64,000 nucleotides of DNA from the human T2T-CHM13v2.0 reference genome, Homo sapiens. Positions 24,758-38,007 of this stretch are shown here, one piece after another. The stretch is taken from the NCBI RefSeq assembly GCF_009914755.1, contig NC_060926.1; one strand, written 5' to 3'. The notes under the pieces were generated by a model, which saw nothing but the letters and a program-made list of their open reading frames with translations, was not told the DNA's origin and did not search any database. Positions within the stretch are counted from its first letter, which is position 1; every line of letters begins with the position of its first letter. Made by a program: the position numbers and the translations under genes.

Positions 24758-26642
24758 CAGCACAAAACAAGGTTGCCCTCTCTTACCACTCCTATTCAAC
24801 ATAGTATTGGAAGTTCTGGCCAGGGCAATCAGCAAGAGAAAGAAATAAGGGTATTCAAATGGGAAGAGAGGAAGTCAAACCATCTGTTTGCAGATGACAT
24901 GATCCTATATCTAGAAAACCCCATCATCTCAGCTTAAATGCAAATTAAGCTGATAAGCAACTTCAGCAAAGTCTCAGGATACAAAATCAATCTGCAAAAA
25001 TTAGAAGCATTCCTATACACCAACAATAAACAAGCAAAGAGCCAAATCATAAATGAACTTCCATTCACAATTGCTAGAAAGAGAATAAAATACCTAGGAA
25101 TACAGCTAACAAGGGAAGTGAAGGACCTCTTCAAAGAGAACTACAAACCACTGGTCAAGGAAATCAAAGAGGACACAAACAAATGGAAAAACATTCCATG
25201 CTCATAGATAGAAATAACCAACACCGTGAAAATTGCCATACTGCCCAAAGTAATTTGTAGATTCAATGCTATTACCATTAAACTACCATTGACAGTCTTC
25301 ATAGAATTAGAAAACACTACTTTAGAATTCATGTAGAACCAAAAAAAGAACCTGTATAGCCAAGACAATCCTAAACAAAGCTTGAGGCATCAGGCTACCC
25401 GACTTCAAACTGTACTACAAGCCTACAGTAACCAAAACAGCATGATACTGGTATAAAAACAGACACATAGACCAATGCAACAGAATAGAGATCTCAGAAA
25501 TAAGACCACACATCTACAACCATCTGATCTTTGACCCACCTGACAAAAACAAGCAATGGGAAAATGATTCCCTATTTAATAAACGATGCTGGTAAAACTG
25601 GCTAGCCATACGCAGAACATTGAAACTGGACCATTCCCTTACACCTTATACAAAATTTAACTCAAGATGGATTAAAGACTTAAATTTAAAACAGAAAAGT
25701 ATAAAAACCCTAGAAGAAAATCTAGGCAATACCATTCAGGATATGGGCACAGGTAAAGGTTTCATGATGAAAATGTCAAAAGCAACTGCAACAAAAGGAA
25801 GAATTGACAAATGGGATCTAATTACATTAAATAGCTTCTGCACAGTAAAAGAAACGATCGTCAGAGTGAACAGACATTCTACAGAATGGGAGAACATTTT
25901 TGCAATCTATACAACTGACAAAGGTCTAATATCCAGAATCTACAAGGAACTTAAACAAATTTACAAAAAAAAAAAAAAAAATTTAAAAGTGGGCAAAGGA
26001 CATGAAGAGACACTTCTCAAGAAGACATTTATGTGACCAAAAACATATGAAAAAAAGCTCAACATCACTGATCATTAGATAAATGCAAATTAAAATCACA
26101 GTGATTTGCCATCTCATGCCAGTCAGAATGGTGATTATTAAAAAGTCAAAAAACAACGGATGCTGGCAAGGCTGTGGAGAAGTAGGAATGCTTTCACACT
26201 ATCGGTGGGAGTGTAAATTAGTTCACCATTGTGGAAGACAGTGTTGTACTTCCTCAAAGACTTAGAACCAGAAATACCATTTGACCCAGCAATCCCATTA
26301 CTGCATATACACCCAAAGGAATATATATCATTCTATTATAAAAATACATGCATGCATATGTTCACTGCAGCACTATTCCCAATAGCAAAGACATGAGATC
26401 AACCCACATGCCTTTCAATCATAGGCTGGATTTTAAAAAGAAAATGTGTCACATATACACCATGGAATACTATGCAGCCATAAAAAGGAGAAAGATCATG
26501 TCCTTTGCAGGAACATGGATGGAGCTGGAAGCCATTATCCTCAGCAAACTAATGCAGGAACAGAAAACCAAACACTGCATGTTCTCACTTATAAGTGGGA
26601 GCTGAACAATTAGAACACATGGACACAGAAAAGGGAACAACA
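24758..26642 (+). mobile_element. 5'-truncated older L1PA (PA10-13 range), 5' segment
   Basis: Decayed ORF2 RT to C-terminus ([15 protein letters not shown]; YTMEYYAAIK...FSLISGS). Breaks off in the 3' UTR at the nested L1. Confidence 0.92.
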
Positions 26643-27967
26643 GATTGGCTGGCAAGATCTCTGAATAGGAGCAGCTCTAGTCTGCAGCTCCCATCAAGAT
26701 CAACCCAGAAGGCAAGTGATCTCTGCATTTCCAACTAAGGTACCCAGCTCATCTCACTGGGACTGGCCAGAGAGTGGGTGCAGCCAAAGGGCGAGCCAAA
26801 GCAGGGTGGAGCGTCACCTCACTCAGGAAGCGCAAGGGGTCAGGGAACTCCCTCCCCTAGCCAAGGGAAGCTGTGAAGAACTGTGCCACGAGGAACAGTG
26901 CATCCCGGCCCAGATACTATGCTTTTCCCATGGTCTTCACAACCCACAGAGCAGGAGATTCCCTTGGGTGCCTACACCACCAGGGCCTGGGTTTCAAGTA
27001 CAAAACTGGGCACCTGTTTGGGCAGACACTGAGCTAGCTGCAGGAGTTTTTTTTCATACTCCAGTGACAGTGGCAGCCGGAACGTCAGCAAGACAGAACC
27101 GTTCACTTCCCTGGAAAGGGGGTGGAAGCCAGGGAGCCAAGTGGTCTAGCTCAGTGGATCCCATCCCAACAGAGCCCAGCAAGCTAAGATCCACTGGCTT
27201 GAAACTCTCGTTGCCAGCACAGCAGTCTGAAGTCAACTTGGGATGCTCAAGCTTGGTGAGGGGAGGGTTGTCTGGCATTACTGAGGCTTGAGTAGGCAGT
27301 TTTCCCCTCACAGTGTAAAAAGACACCAGGAGGTTCAAACTGGGTGGAGCCCACTGCAGCTCGAAAAGCCACTATAGCCAGACTGCCTCTCTAGATTCCT
27401 CCTCTCTGGGCAGGGCGTCTCTGAAAGAAAGGCAGCAGCCCCAGTCAGGGGCTTATAGATCAAACTCCCATCTCCCTGGGATAGATCAACTGGCGGAAGG
27501 GGTGGCTGTGGGTGCAGCTTAAATATTCCTGCCTGCCAGCTCTGAAGAGAGCAGTGGATCTCCCAGCACAGCATTCAAGCTCTGCTAAGGGACAGACTGT
27601 CTCCTCAAGTGGGTCCCTGACCCCCATGCCTCCTGACTGGGAGACACCTCCCCACAGGAGTCGACAGACACCTCATACAGTAGATCTCCTGCTGGCATCT
27701 GGCTGGTGCCCTTCTGGGATGAAGCTTCCAGAGGAAGGAACAGGCAGCAGGGTGTCCTGCAGCCTCCACTGGTGATACTCAGGCAAACAGGGCCAGAGTG
27801 GACCTCCAGCAAACTCCAACAGACCTGCAGCTTAGGGCCCTGACTGTTAGAAGGAAAACTAACAAACAGAAAAGAATTACATCAACATCAACAAAAAGAG
27901 CATCCACACAGAAACCCCATCTGAAGGTCACCAACATCAAAGACCAAAGGTAGATAAATCCAAGAAC

Positions 27968-28983
27968 ATAAGGAAAAAACAGCACAAAAAAGGCTGAATA
28001 TTCCAGAAACCAGAATGCCTCTTCTCCTCCAAAAAATCACAACTCCTTGCCAGCAAGGGAACAAACTGGGTGAAGAAAGAGTTTGACAAATTGACAAAAG
28101 TAGGCTTCAGAAGGTGGGTAATAGCAAACTCCTCCAAGCTAAAGGAGCATGTTCTAACCCAATCCAAGGAAGCCTTGAAAAAAAGGCTAGGGGAATTGCT
28201 AACTAGAATAACCAGTTTAGAGAAGGACATAAATGACCTGATGGAGCTGAAAAACAGCACGAGAACTTCATGAAGCATACACCATTATCAATAGCCAAAT
28301 TGATCAAGTGAAAGAAAGGATATCAGAGATTGAGGATCAACTTAATGAAATAAAGTGTGAAGACAAGATTAGAGAAAAAAGAATAAAAAGGAATGAACAA
28401 AACTTTCAAGAAATATGGGACTATGTGAAAACACCAAACCTAAATTTGATTGGTGTACCTGAAAGTGACGGGGAGAATGGAACCATGCTGGAAAACACTC
28501 TTCAGGATATTATCCAGAAGAACTTCCCCAACCTAGCAAGACAGGCCAACATTCAAATTCAGGAAATACAGAGAACACCACAAAGATACTCCTCAAAAAG
28601 AGCATCCCCAAGACACATAATTGGCAGATTCACCAAGGTTGAAATGAAGGAAAAAATGTTAAGGGCAGCCAGAGAGAAAGGTCGGGTTACACACAAAGGG
28701 AAGCCCATCAGACTAACAGAAGATCTCTCTGCAGAAACCCTACAAACCAGAAAAGAGTAGGGGCCAATATTCAACATTCTTAAAGAAAATAATTTTCAAC
28801 CTAGAATTTCATATCCAGCCAAACTAAGCTTCATAAGCGAAGGAGAAATAATATCCTTTACAGACAAGCAAACACTGATATTTTATCACCACCAGGCCTG
28901 CCTTACAAGAGCTCCTGAAGGAGGTACTAAATATGGAAAGGAAAAACTGGTACCAGCCACTGCAAAAACATACCAAATTGTAG
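27968..28983 (+). pseudogene. L1 ORF1p remnant (start codon mutated to ATA, internal stops and frameshifts)
   Basis: Fragments 'QEIWDYVKTPNLNLIGVPESDGENG...NFPNLARQANIQIQEIQRTP...KGKPIRLTEDLSAETLQ' are classic L1 ORF1p. Confidence 0.9.
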
Positions 28984-29046
28984 AGACCAACAACATTATG
29001 AAGAAACTGCATCAACTAATGGGCAAAATAACCAGCTAGCATCATA

Positions 29047-32000
29047 ATGACAGGATCAAATTCACACACAACAATATTGACCTTAAATGTAAATAGGCTA
29101 AGTACCCCAATTAAAAGCCACAGACTAGTAAATTGGATAAAGAGTCAAGACCCATCGGTGTGCTGTACTCAGGAGACCAATCTCATGTGCAAAGACATAC
29201 ATAGGATCAAATAGAGGGATGGAGGAATATTTACCAATCAAATGGAAATCAAAAAAGAGCAGAGGTTGCATTCCTAGTCTCTGATAAAACAGACTTTAAA
29301 CCAACAAAGATTAAAAAAGACAAAGAAGGGCATTATGTGATGGTAAGGGGATCAATGCAACAAGAAGAGCTAACTATCCTAAATATATATGTACCCAATA
29401 CAGGAGCACCCAGATTCATAAAGCAAGTTCTTAGAGACCTACAAAGAGAGTTAGACTACCACACAATAATAGTGGGAGACTTTAACACCCCAATGTCAAT
29501 ATTAGACAGATCAACAAGACAAAAAATTAACAAGGATATTCAGGACTTGAACTCAGCTCTGGACCAAGTGGACCTAATAGACATCTACAGAACTCTCCAC
29601 CCTAAATCAACAGAATATACGTTCTTCTCAGTACCACATTGCTATTATTCTAAAATTGACAACATAATTGAAAAAAAAAACACTCTTCAGCAAATGCAAA
29701 AGAACGGAAATCATAACAAACTGTCTCTCAGACCACGGTGCAATCAAATTAGAACTCAGCATTAAGAAACTGATTCAAAACCACACAAGTACATGGAAAT
29801 TGAACAACCTGCTTCTGAATGACACTACTGGGCAAATAAAGAAATTAACGCAGAAATAAATAAGTTCTTTGAAACCAATGAGAACAAAGACACAAGGTAC
29901 AAGAATCTCTGGGACACAGCTAAAGCAGTGTTTAGAGGGAAATTTATAGCACTAAATGCCCACAGGAGAAAGTGGGAAAGATCTAAAATGGACACTCTAA
30001 CATCACAATTAAAAGAACTAGAGAAGCAAGAGCAAACACATTCAAAAGCTAGCAGAAAACAAGAAATAACTAAGATCAGAGCACAACTGAAGGAGATAGA
30101 GACATGAAAAACCCTTCAAAAAAATCAATGAATCCAGGAGCTGGTTTTTGGAAAAGATTAACACAGTAGATAGACCACTAGCCAGACTAATAAAGAAGAA
30201 AAGAGAGAAGAATCAAATAGACACAATGAAAAATGATAAAGGGGATATCACCACTGATCCCACAGAAATACAAACTACCATCAGAAAATACTATAAACAC
30301 CTCTATGCAAATAAACTAGAAAATCTAGAAGAAACGGATAAATTCCTGGACACATGCACCCTCCCAAGGCTAAACCAGGAAGAAGTCGAATCCCTGAATA
30401 GACCAATAACAAGTTCTGAAATTGAGGCAGTAATTAGTAGCCTACCATCCAAAAAAAAGCCCAGGACCAGACAGATTCACAGTCAAATTCTACCACAGGT
30501 ACAAAGAGGAGCGGGTACCATTCCTTCTAAAACTATTCCAAACAACAGAAAGAGAGGGACTTTTCCCTGACCCATTTTGAGTCCAGAATCATCCTAATAC
30601 CAAAATGTGGCAGAGACACAACAACAAAAAAAGAAAATTTCAGGCCAATATCCCTGATGAACATCAATGGGAAAATCCTCAATAAAATACTGGCAAACCA
30701 AATCCAGCAGCACATCAAAAAGCTTATCCACTACAATGAAGTTGGCTTCATCCCTGGGATGCAAGGCTGGCTCAACATACACAAGTCAATAAACGTAATC
30801 CATCACATAAACAGAACCAAAGACAAAAACCACATGATTATCTCAATAGATGCAGAAAAAGCCTGTGATAAAATTCAACACCCCTTCATGCTAAAAACTC
30901 TCAATAAACTAGATAGTGATGGAACGTGTCTCAAAATAATAAGAGCTATTTATGTCAAACCCACAGCCAATATCATACTGAATAGGCAAAAGCTGGAAGC
31001 ATTCCCTTTGAGAACTGGCACAAGACAAGGATGCCTTCTCTCACCACTCCTATTTAACATAGTATTGGAAGTTCTGGCCAGGCCAGTCAGGCAAGAGAAA
31101 GAAATAAATGGTATTCAAATAGGAAAAGAGGAAATCAAATTGTCTCTGTTTGCAGATGACATGATTGTATATTTGGAAAACCCCATCATCTCAGCCCAAA
31201 ATCTCCTTAAGCTGATAAGCAACTTCAGCAAAGTCTCAGGATACAAAATCAATGTGCAAAAATCGCAAGCATATATATATTGGTGTATATACCTATACAC
31301 CAATAACAGAGAGCCAAATTATGAGTGAACTCCCATTCACAATTGCTACAAAGAGAATAAAATACCTAGAAACACAACTTACAAGGGATGTGAAGGACCT
31401 CTTCAAGAAGAACTACAAACCACTGCTCAAGGAAATAAGAGAGGACAGGAACAAATGGAAAAATATTCCAAGTTCATGGAGAGAAAGAATTAATATCTTG
31501 AAAATGGTCATACTGCCCAAAGTAATTTATAGATTCAATGCTATCCCCATCAAGCTACCATTGACTTTCTTCACAGAATTAGAGCAAACTACTTTAAATT
31601 TCATATGGAATCAAAAAAGAGTCCATATAGCCAAGACAATCCTAAACAAAAAGAACAAAGCTGGAAGCATCATGCTACCTGACTTCAAACTGTACTACAA
31701 GGCTACAGTAACCAAAACAGGACTGTTTTGGTACCAGTACTGGTACCAAAACAGATATATAGAACAATGAAACCGAACAAAGGCCTCAGAAATAATGCCA
31801 CACATCTACAACCATCTGATCTTTGACAAACCTGATAGAAACAAGCAATGGGGAAAGGATTCCCTATTTAATAAATGGTGTTGAGAAAACTGGCTAGCCA
31901 TGTGCAGAAAACTGAAACTGGACCCCTTCCTTAGACCTTATACAAAAATTAACTCAAGATGGATTAAAGACTAAAACCTAAGACCTATAGCCATAAAAAC

Positions 32001-32895
32001 CCTAAAAGAAAAGCTAGGCAATATCATTCAGGACATAGGCATGGGCAAAGACTTCATGACTAAAATACCAAAAGCAATGGCATCAAAAACCAAAATTGAC
32101 AAATGGGATCTGATTAAACTAAAGAGCTTCTGCACAGCAAAAGAAACTATCATCAGAGTGAACAGGCAACCTCAAGAATGGGAGAAAAATTTTGCAATCT
32201 ATCCACTTGTAAAAGGGCTAATATCCAGAATCTACAAAGAACTTCAACAAATTCACAAGAAAAAAACAACCCATCAAAAAGTGAGTGAAGGATATGAACA
32301 GACACTTCTCAAAAGAAGACATTTATGCAGCCAAGAAAAATATGAAAAAAAGCTCATCATCACTGGTCATTAGGGAAATGCAAAGCAAACCACACTGAGA
32401 TACTATCTCATGCCAGTTAGAATGGCGATAATTTAAAAGTCAGGAAACAACAGATGCTGGAGAGGATGTGTTGAAATAGTAATGCTTTTACACTGTTGGT
32501 GGGAATATAAATTAGTTCAACCATTGTGGATGTCAGTGTGACAATTCCTCAAGGATCTAGAACCAGAAATACCTTTTGACCCAGCAATCCCATTACTGGG
32601 TATATTCCCAAAGGATTATAAATCATTCTGCTATAAAGACATATGCACACATATGTTTACTGCAGCACTATTCACAATAGCAGAGACTTGGAACCAACTC
32701 AAACACCCATCAATGACAGACTGGATAAAGAAAATGTGGCACATATACACCATGGAATACTATGCAGCCATAAAAAAGGATGAGTTCATGTCCTTTGCAG
32801 GGACATGGATGAAGCTGGAAACCATCATTCTCAGCAAACTATCACAAGGACAGAAAACCAAACACTGCATGTTCTCACTCATACATGGGAGTTGA
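29047..32895 (+). pseudogene. L1 ORF2p remnant (EN-RT-Cys domains, multiple frameshifts and stops)
   Basis: ATGACAGGATCA start; EN 'TIIVGDFNTP'; RT '[21 protein letters not shown]' and '[13 protein letters not shown]'; C-terminus 'YTMEYYAAIKKDEFMSF'. Split over many short ORFs. Confidence 0.92.
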
Positions 32896-33128
32896 AAAAT
32901 GAGAATGCATGGACACAGGGAGAGGGACATCACACACCAGGGCCTGTCAGGGTGTGGGGGGCTAGGGGAGGGATAGCATTAGGAGAAATACCTAATCTAG
33001 ATGACGGGTTGATGGGTGCAGCAAACCACCATGGCACGTGTATACCTATGTAACAAACCTGCACGTTCTGCACACGTAACCCAGAACTTAAAGTATAAAA
33101 AAAAAAAAAGAAAGAAAAGGGAACAGCA

Positions 33129-33330
33129 CATACTGGGGCCCGTCAGCAGGTGGGGGCGTTATGAGGAGAGGGAAAGCATCAGGAAAAATAGCTAATGCAT
33201 GCTGGGCTTAATACCTAGGTGATGGGTTGATAGGTGCAACAAACCACCATGGCACACATTTACCTATGTAACAAGCCTGCATGTCCTGCACATGCATCTT
33301 GGGACTTAAAATTAAATTAAATTAAAAAAT
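33129..33330 (+). mobile_element. 3' UTR end of the host L1PA (continuation of 24758-26642)
   Basis: 'gctaatgcatgctgggcttaatacctaggtgatgggttgatagg...' plus an A-rich tail. Degenerate TSD AAAAATTAA(AG/GA)ACAAC at 24742-24757 and 33331-33346. Confidence 0.9.
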
Positions 33331-34180
33331 AAAAATTAAGAACAACATCAAAATAACAGACCTCAGGAAGTATAAACAAAAATCAAGATCTCTCTCTGCT
33401 ATAGGAGGTGCTAGATGGTAGGTATGTGTAAGCTGCGAAGTAGAAAAATGTCATTGCTCCTAGATGCGTTTAGTGTAATGTTTATGCTTATCAACACTAA
33501 CATATTTCTTTACTCTCCTCTTGTTTTATTTGCTGGGGTACAGTAAAAGAGATTAACACTGTTTAAGAGACAAAGGGCAAGTTTTCAACTTTAGTTCTTA
33601 TTGCCTCATCATATTACTTTAGTTATCACTGCTTCAACATGATTGTTATCCAAGACAAAGCACAAAATCTCCAGAAATAATCACCCTTTGTTCATTATGG
33701 AGCAACTGGCAAATCATGTGAGTAAACATATAGCTTTTCAACTGTTTTGCTGAAAAATATTGGTGACATTTAAGTTGTAAATATTAAAGTATTTAGGGGA
33801 AATTTTAACAGATTAGCCAAATCAGATGTAAGAATGCAAATTTTATGAAATGCCTTCTGTAATAGCAAAACATTCAGAGTCAGATTTTTAGTGCTCTGGG
33901 CCTGGCTCCATCATTTTCTAATTAAGTGACAAGCTCTCCAATCCTGAGATTTCATATTTTCAAAGTAGGAGAAGATATCTATCTGTTTTACTTATTGTAC
34001 AGGTTACATTAAGAGTGATTTTTAAAAGTATTTCGCAACCAAAAAAACCCTATGTTATGATCTATTCAAATTTCATTTCATAAATGAGAAAGGCTCAGAA
34101 AACAGGAGATTTACTCAGGTTTACTCAAAGATAGTATTTTAATAAATGGAACCAAGGTTAAGTTATCATTCTCAATTTCT

Positions 34181-36366
34181 TTTTCTTTAATGGATACATA
34201 GTAGGAGTACATATTTATGGGGGACATGAGATGTTTTGATATAGGCATAAAATGTGTAATAATCTCATCAGGATAAGTGGGATATACATTACCTCAAGCA
34301 TTTATAATTTCTATGTGTTACAGACATTCTAATTATACTCTTATAGTTATTTTTAAATGTATAATACTTTTTTTACTGCAATCACCCTTTTGTGCTATCA
34401 AATACTAGATTTTATTCATTCTATCTCACTATATTTTTATGCCCATTGACCATTCCCACTCCCCAACTACCCCACTTTCCTTCCCAGACTCTGGTAACCA
34501 TCATTCAATTGTTTTACTTTTTAGCTCCCACAAATGAGTGAGAACATTCCAAGTTTATTTTTCTTTGCCTGGCTTTTTTCACTTAAAATAATGCTCTCTA
34601 GTTCCATCCGTGTTATTGCAAATGACAAGATCGCATTCTTTTTATGGCTGAATAGTACCCCATTGTGTATCTGACCACATTTTCTTTATCCATTCATCTG
34701 TTAATAGACACTTTGGTTGCTTCCAAATTTTAACTGTTGTGAATAGTACTGAAATAAACATGGGAGTGCAGATATCTCTTTGATATCCTGATTGCCTTCC
34801 TTTTGGGTATTTATCTAGCAGTGGAATTTCCGAATCATATGGTAGTTCTATTTTTAGATTTTTGAGGAATCTCCAGACTGCTCTCCATAGTAGTTGTACT
34901 AATTTACATTCCCAAGAACAGTGTACAAGTGTTCCTTTTTCTCCACTTCCTCACCAATTTATTTCCTGGTTTTGGGATAAAAATCTGTTTTAACTGGGGT
35001 GAGATGATATCTCATTGTAGTTTTGACTTGCATTTCTCTGATGATCAGTGATGTTGAGCACCTTTACATATATCTGATTGCCATTTATAAGTCTTCTTTT
35101 GAGAAATGTCTACTCAGATCTTTGTCCCTTTTTTAATCAGATTATTTTATTTTTCCTATTGAGTTGTTTGAGTTCCCTATGTATTCTGGTTATTAATCCT
35201 ATTTCAAATGGATAGTTTGCAAATATCTTCTCCCATTCTGTGGGTTGCCTCTTCACTTTGTTGATTGTTTCCTATGCTGTGCATAAGCTTTTTAATTTGA
35301 TATGAACCTGTTTCTCCATTTTTGTTTTCGTTGCCTGTGCTTGTGGGGGATTACTCAAGAAACTTTTGTTCAATTCAATATCCTGGAGAGTTTCCCCAAT
35401 GTTTTTTGTTTATTTGTTTGTTTGTTTGTTTGGTAGCTTCATAGTTTGAGGTCTTAGATTAGGTCTTACTCTATTTTGACTTGATTTTTGTATATGGAAA
35501 GAGATGGGGGCCTATTTTAATTCTTCTGCATATGTATATCCAGTTTTTTCAGCACAGTTTATTGAAGAGACTATCCTTTCCTCATTGTATGTTCTTGGCA
35601 CCTTTGTTAAAAAGGAGTTCACTATAGATATATACATTCATTTCTAGGTTCTCTAATCTGTTCCTTTGGTCTGTGTGCCTATTTTTATGCCAGTACCATG
35701 CTGTTTTGGTTGCAATAGCTCTGTATTATAATTGAAGTAAGAAACTGTGGTCCCTCCAGTTTTGTTTTGTTTTGTTTTTTTGTTTGTTTTTGCTCTGGAT
35801 GGCTTTGGCTATTCTGAGTCTTTTGTGGTTCCAAATAAATTTTAGGATTTTTTTTCTATTTCTTTGAAGAGTGTCATTGGTGTTTTGATAAGAATTGCAT
35901 TGAATCTGTAGATTACTTTGGGTAGTATAGACATTTTAACAATATTGATTCTTCCAATCCATGAACATGGATTATCTTTCCATTTTTTGTATCCTCTTCA
36001 AATCCTTGCATTCAGTGTTTTATAGCTTTCATCATAGAAATCTTTCACTTCCTTGGTTAAGTTTACTCTTAGGCTTTTATTTTATTTGTAAATGTAAATT
36101 TTATTCTATTGTAAATGATATTATTTTCTTGATTTGTTTTTCAGATTATTCATTTTGGCATATAGAAATGCAAAAAAATTTTTGTATGTTGATGTTGTAC
36201 CCTGCAACTTTACTGATTTTGTTTATCAGTTCTAATAGTTTTTTTGGTGGAGGCTTTAGATTTTTTCAAATATGAGATAATATCATCCACAAACAAGGAT
36301 AATTTGACATCTTCCTTTCCAATTTGGATATGCTTTATTTCCTTCTCTTGTATGATTGCTGTAGCA
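34181..36366 (-). mobile_element. 5'-truncated L1MA (MA2/MA3-like)
   Basis: 3' end 'tacatatttatggggg.catgagatgttttgatatagg'; ORF2 '[18 protein letters not shown]'. TSD ATTCTCAA(T/C)TTCT at 34168-34180 and 36367-36379. Confidence 0.9.
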
Positions 36367-36694
36367 ATTCTCAACTTCTGTCTAGTAACCTTCTTCTCCT
36401 CCATGAGATAATATAGTAAAAATGCTTTGAAAACTATAACATGCATAAAGTGTATGGTATTATAATAATAGAGCAAAATGATGTGATCTTTCTACATCTA
36501 AGTTTTTTCTTTTCTCAAAAAAAAGCATTACTGAATATCTCACAATGAATTTCTGCTAAGAATTAAGAGAAAATTTATGCAAGAACCCTTCTGACAGCAA
36601 TGATTTCACATTTTATATAAAATGTATATGCATATAAGATTAAAGTCCATCAATGATCATCATATTAACAGATCATGCCAAGTTTGACACCTTA

Positions 36695-36982
<288 letters not shown>

Positions 36983-37390
36983 TTAGAGATTTATCTTGAC
37001 ATATAAAATTATTGATTAAAAAATACTGATTAGAAAGTATTGATAAAATAACCAATATTAGAATTATACTTTAATTTTTAAAATTAAGGATTAAAATTTT
37101 AAAAATTAAGGATAATTCTAAAATATATTTTATCATTAAATTTTTTGTTGTGTATGGATGCAAGCTATGACTTCTTAGAATACTCTGATTCTCGTCTCAT
37201 TTCTGTGCCTGTGTTTATAATACCCCTTTCTCTTGGAACTCCTTTCCTGTTTCTCTTCTATTTAAATACTGCATTACCTTCAAGTCCCAAATTAAATCCA
37301 AATACAACAACAGATATTTCCCTGAACATTTCCCTGTATACTTCAGGCTCATGCATCTTGGATTTTTTCTTAATTCTAAAAGCAAGAATA

Positions 37391-38007
<617 letters not shown>

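Larger units (their letters stand above)
26643..33112 (+). mobile_element. Full-length L1PA7-like LINE-1 (inactive), nested insertion
   Basis: 5' UTR 'ggctggcaagat...gaataggagcagctc...tgcatttccaactaaggtacc', then ORF1, ORF2, 3' UTR and poly-A. 16-bp TSD AGAAAAGGGAACA(A/G)CA at 26627-26642 and 33113-33128. Confidence 0.95.

Noticed and set aside
26716-27812. ORFs of 75-191 aa in both directions
   Set aside because: They fall in the GC-richer L1 5' UTR, where stops are sparse. I could not verify an intact ORF0.
30657-31770. Reverse transcriptase ORFs (223 aa, 172 aa) as a novel RT system
   Set aside because: These are ordinary fragments of L1 ORF2p in a frameshifted, dead L1PA7-like copy.
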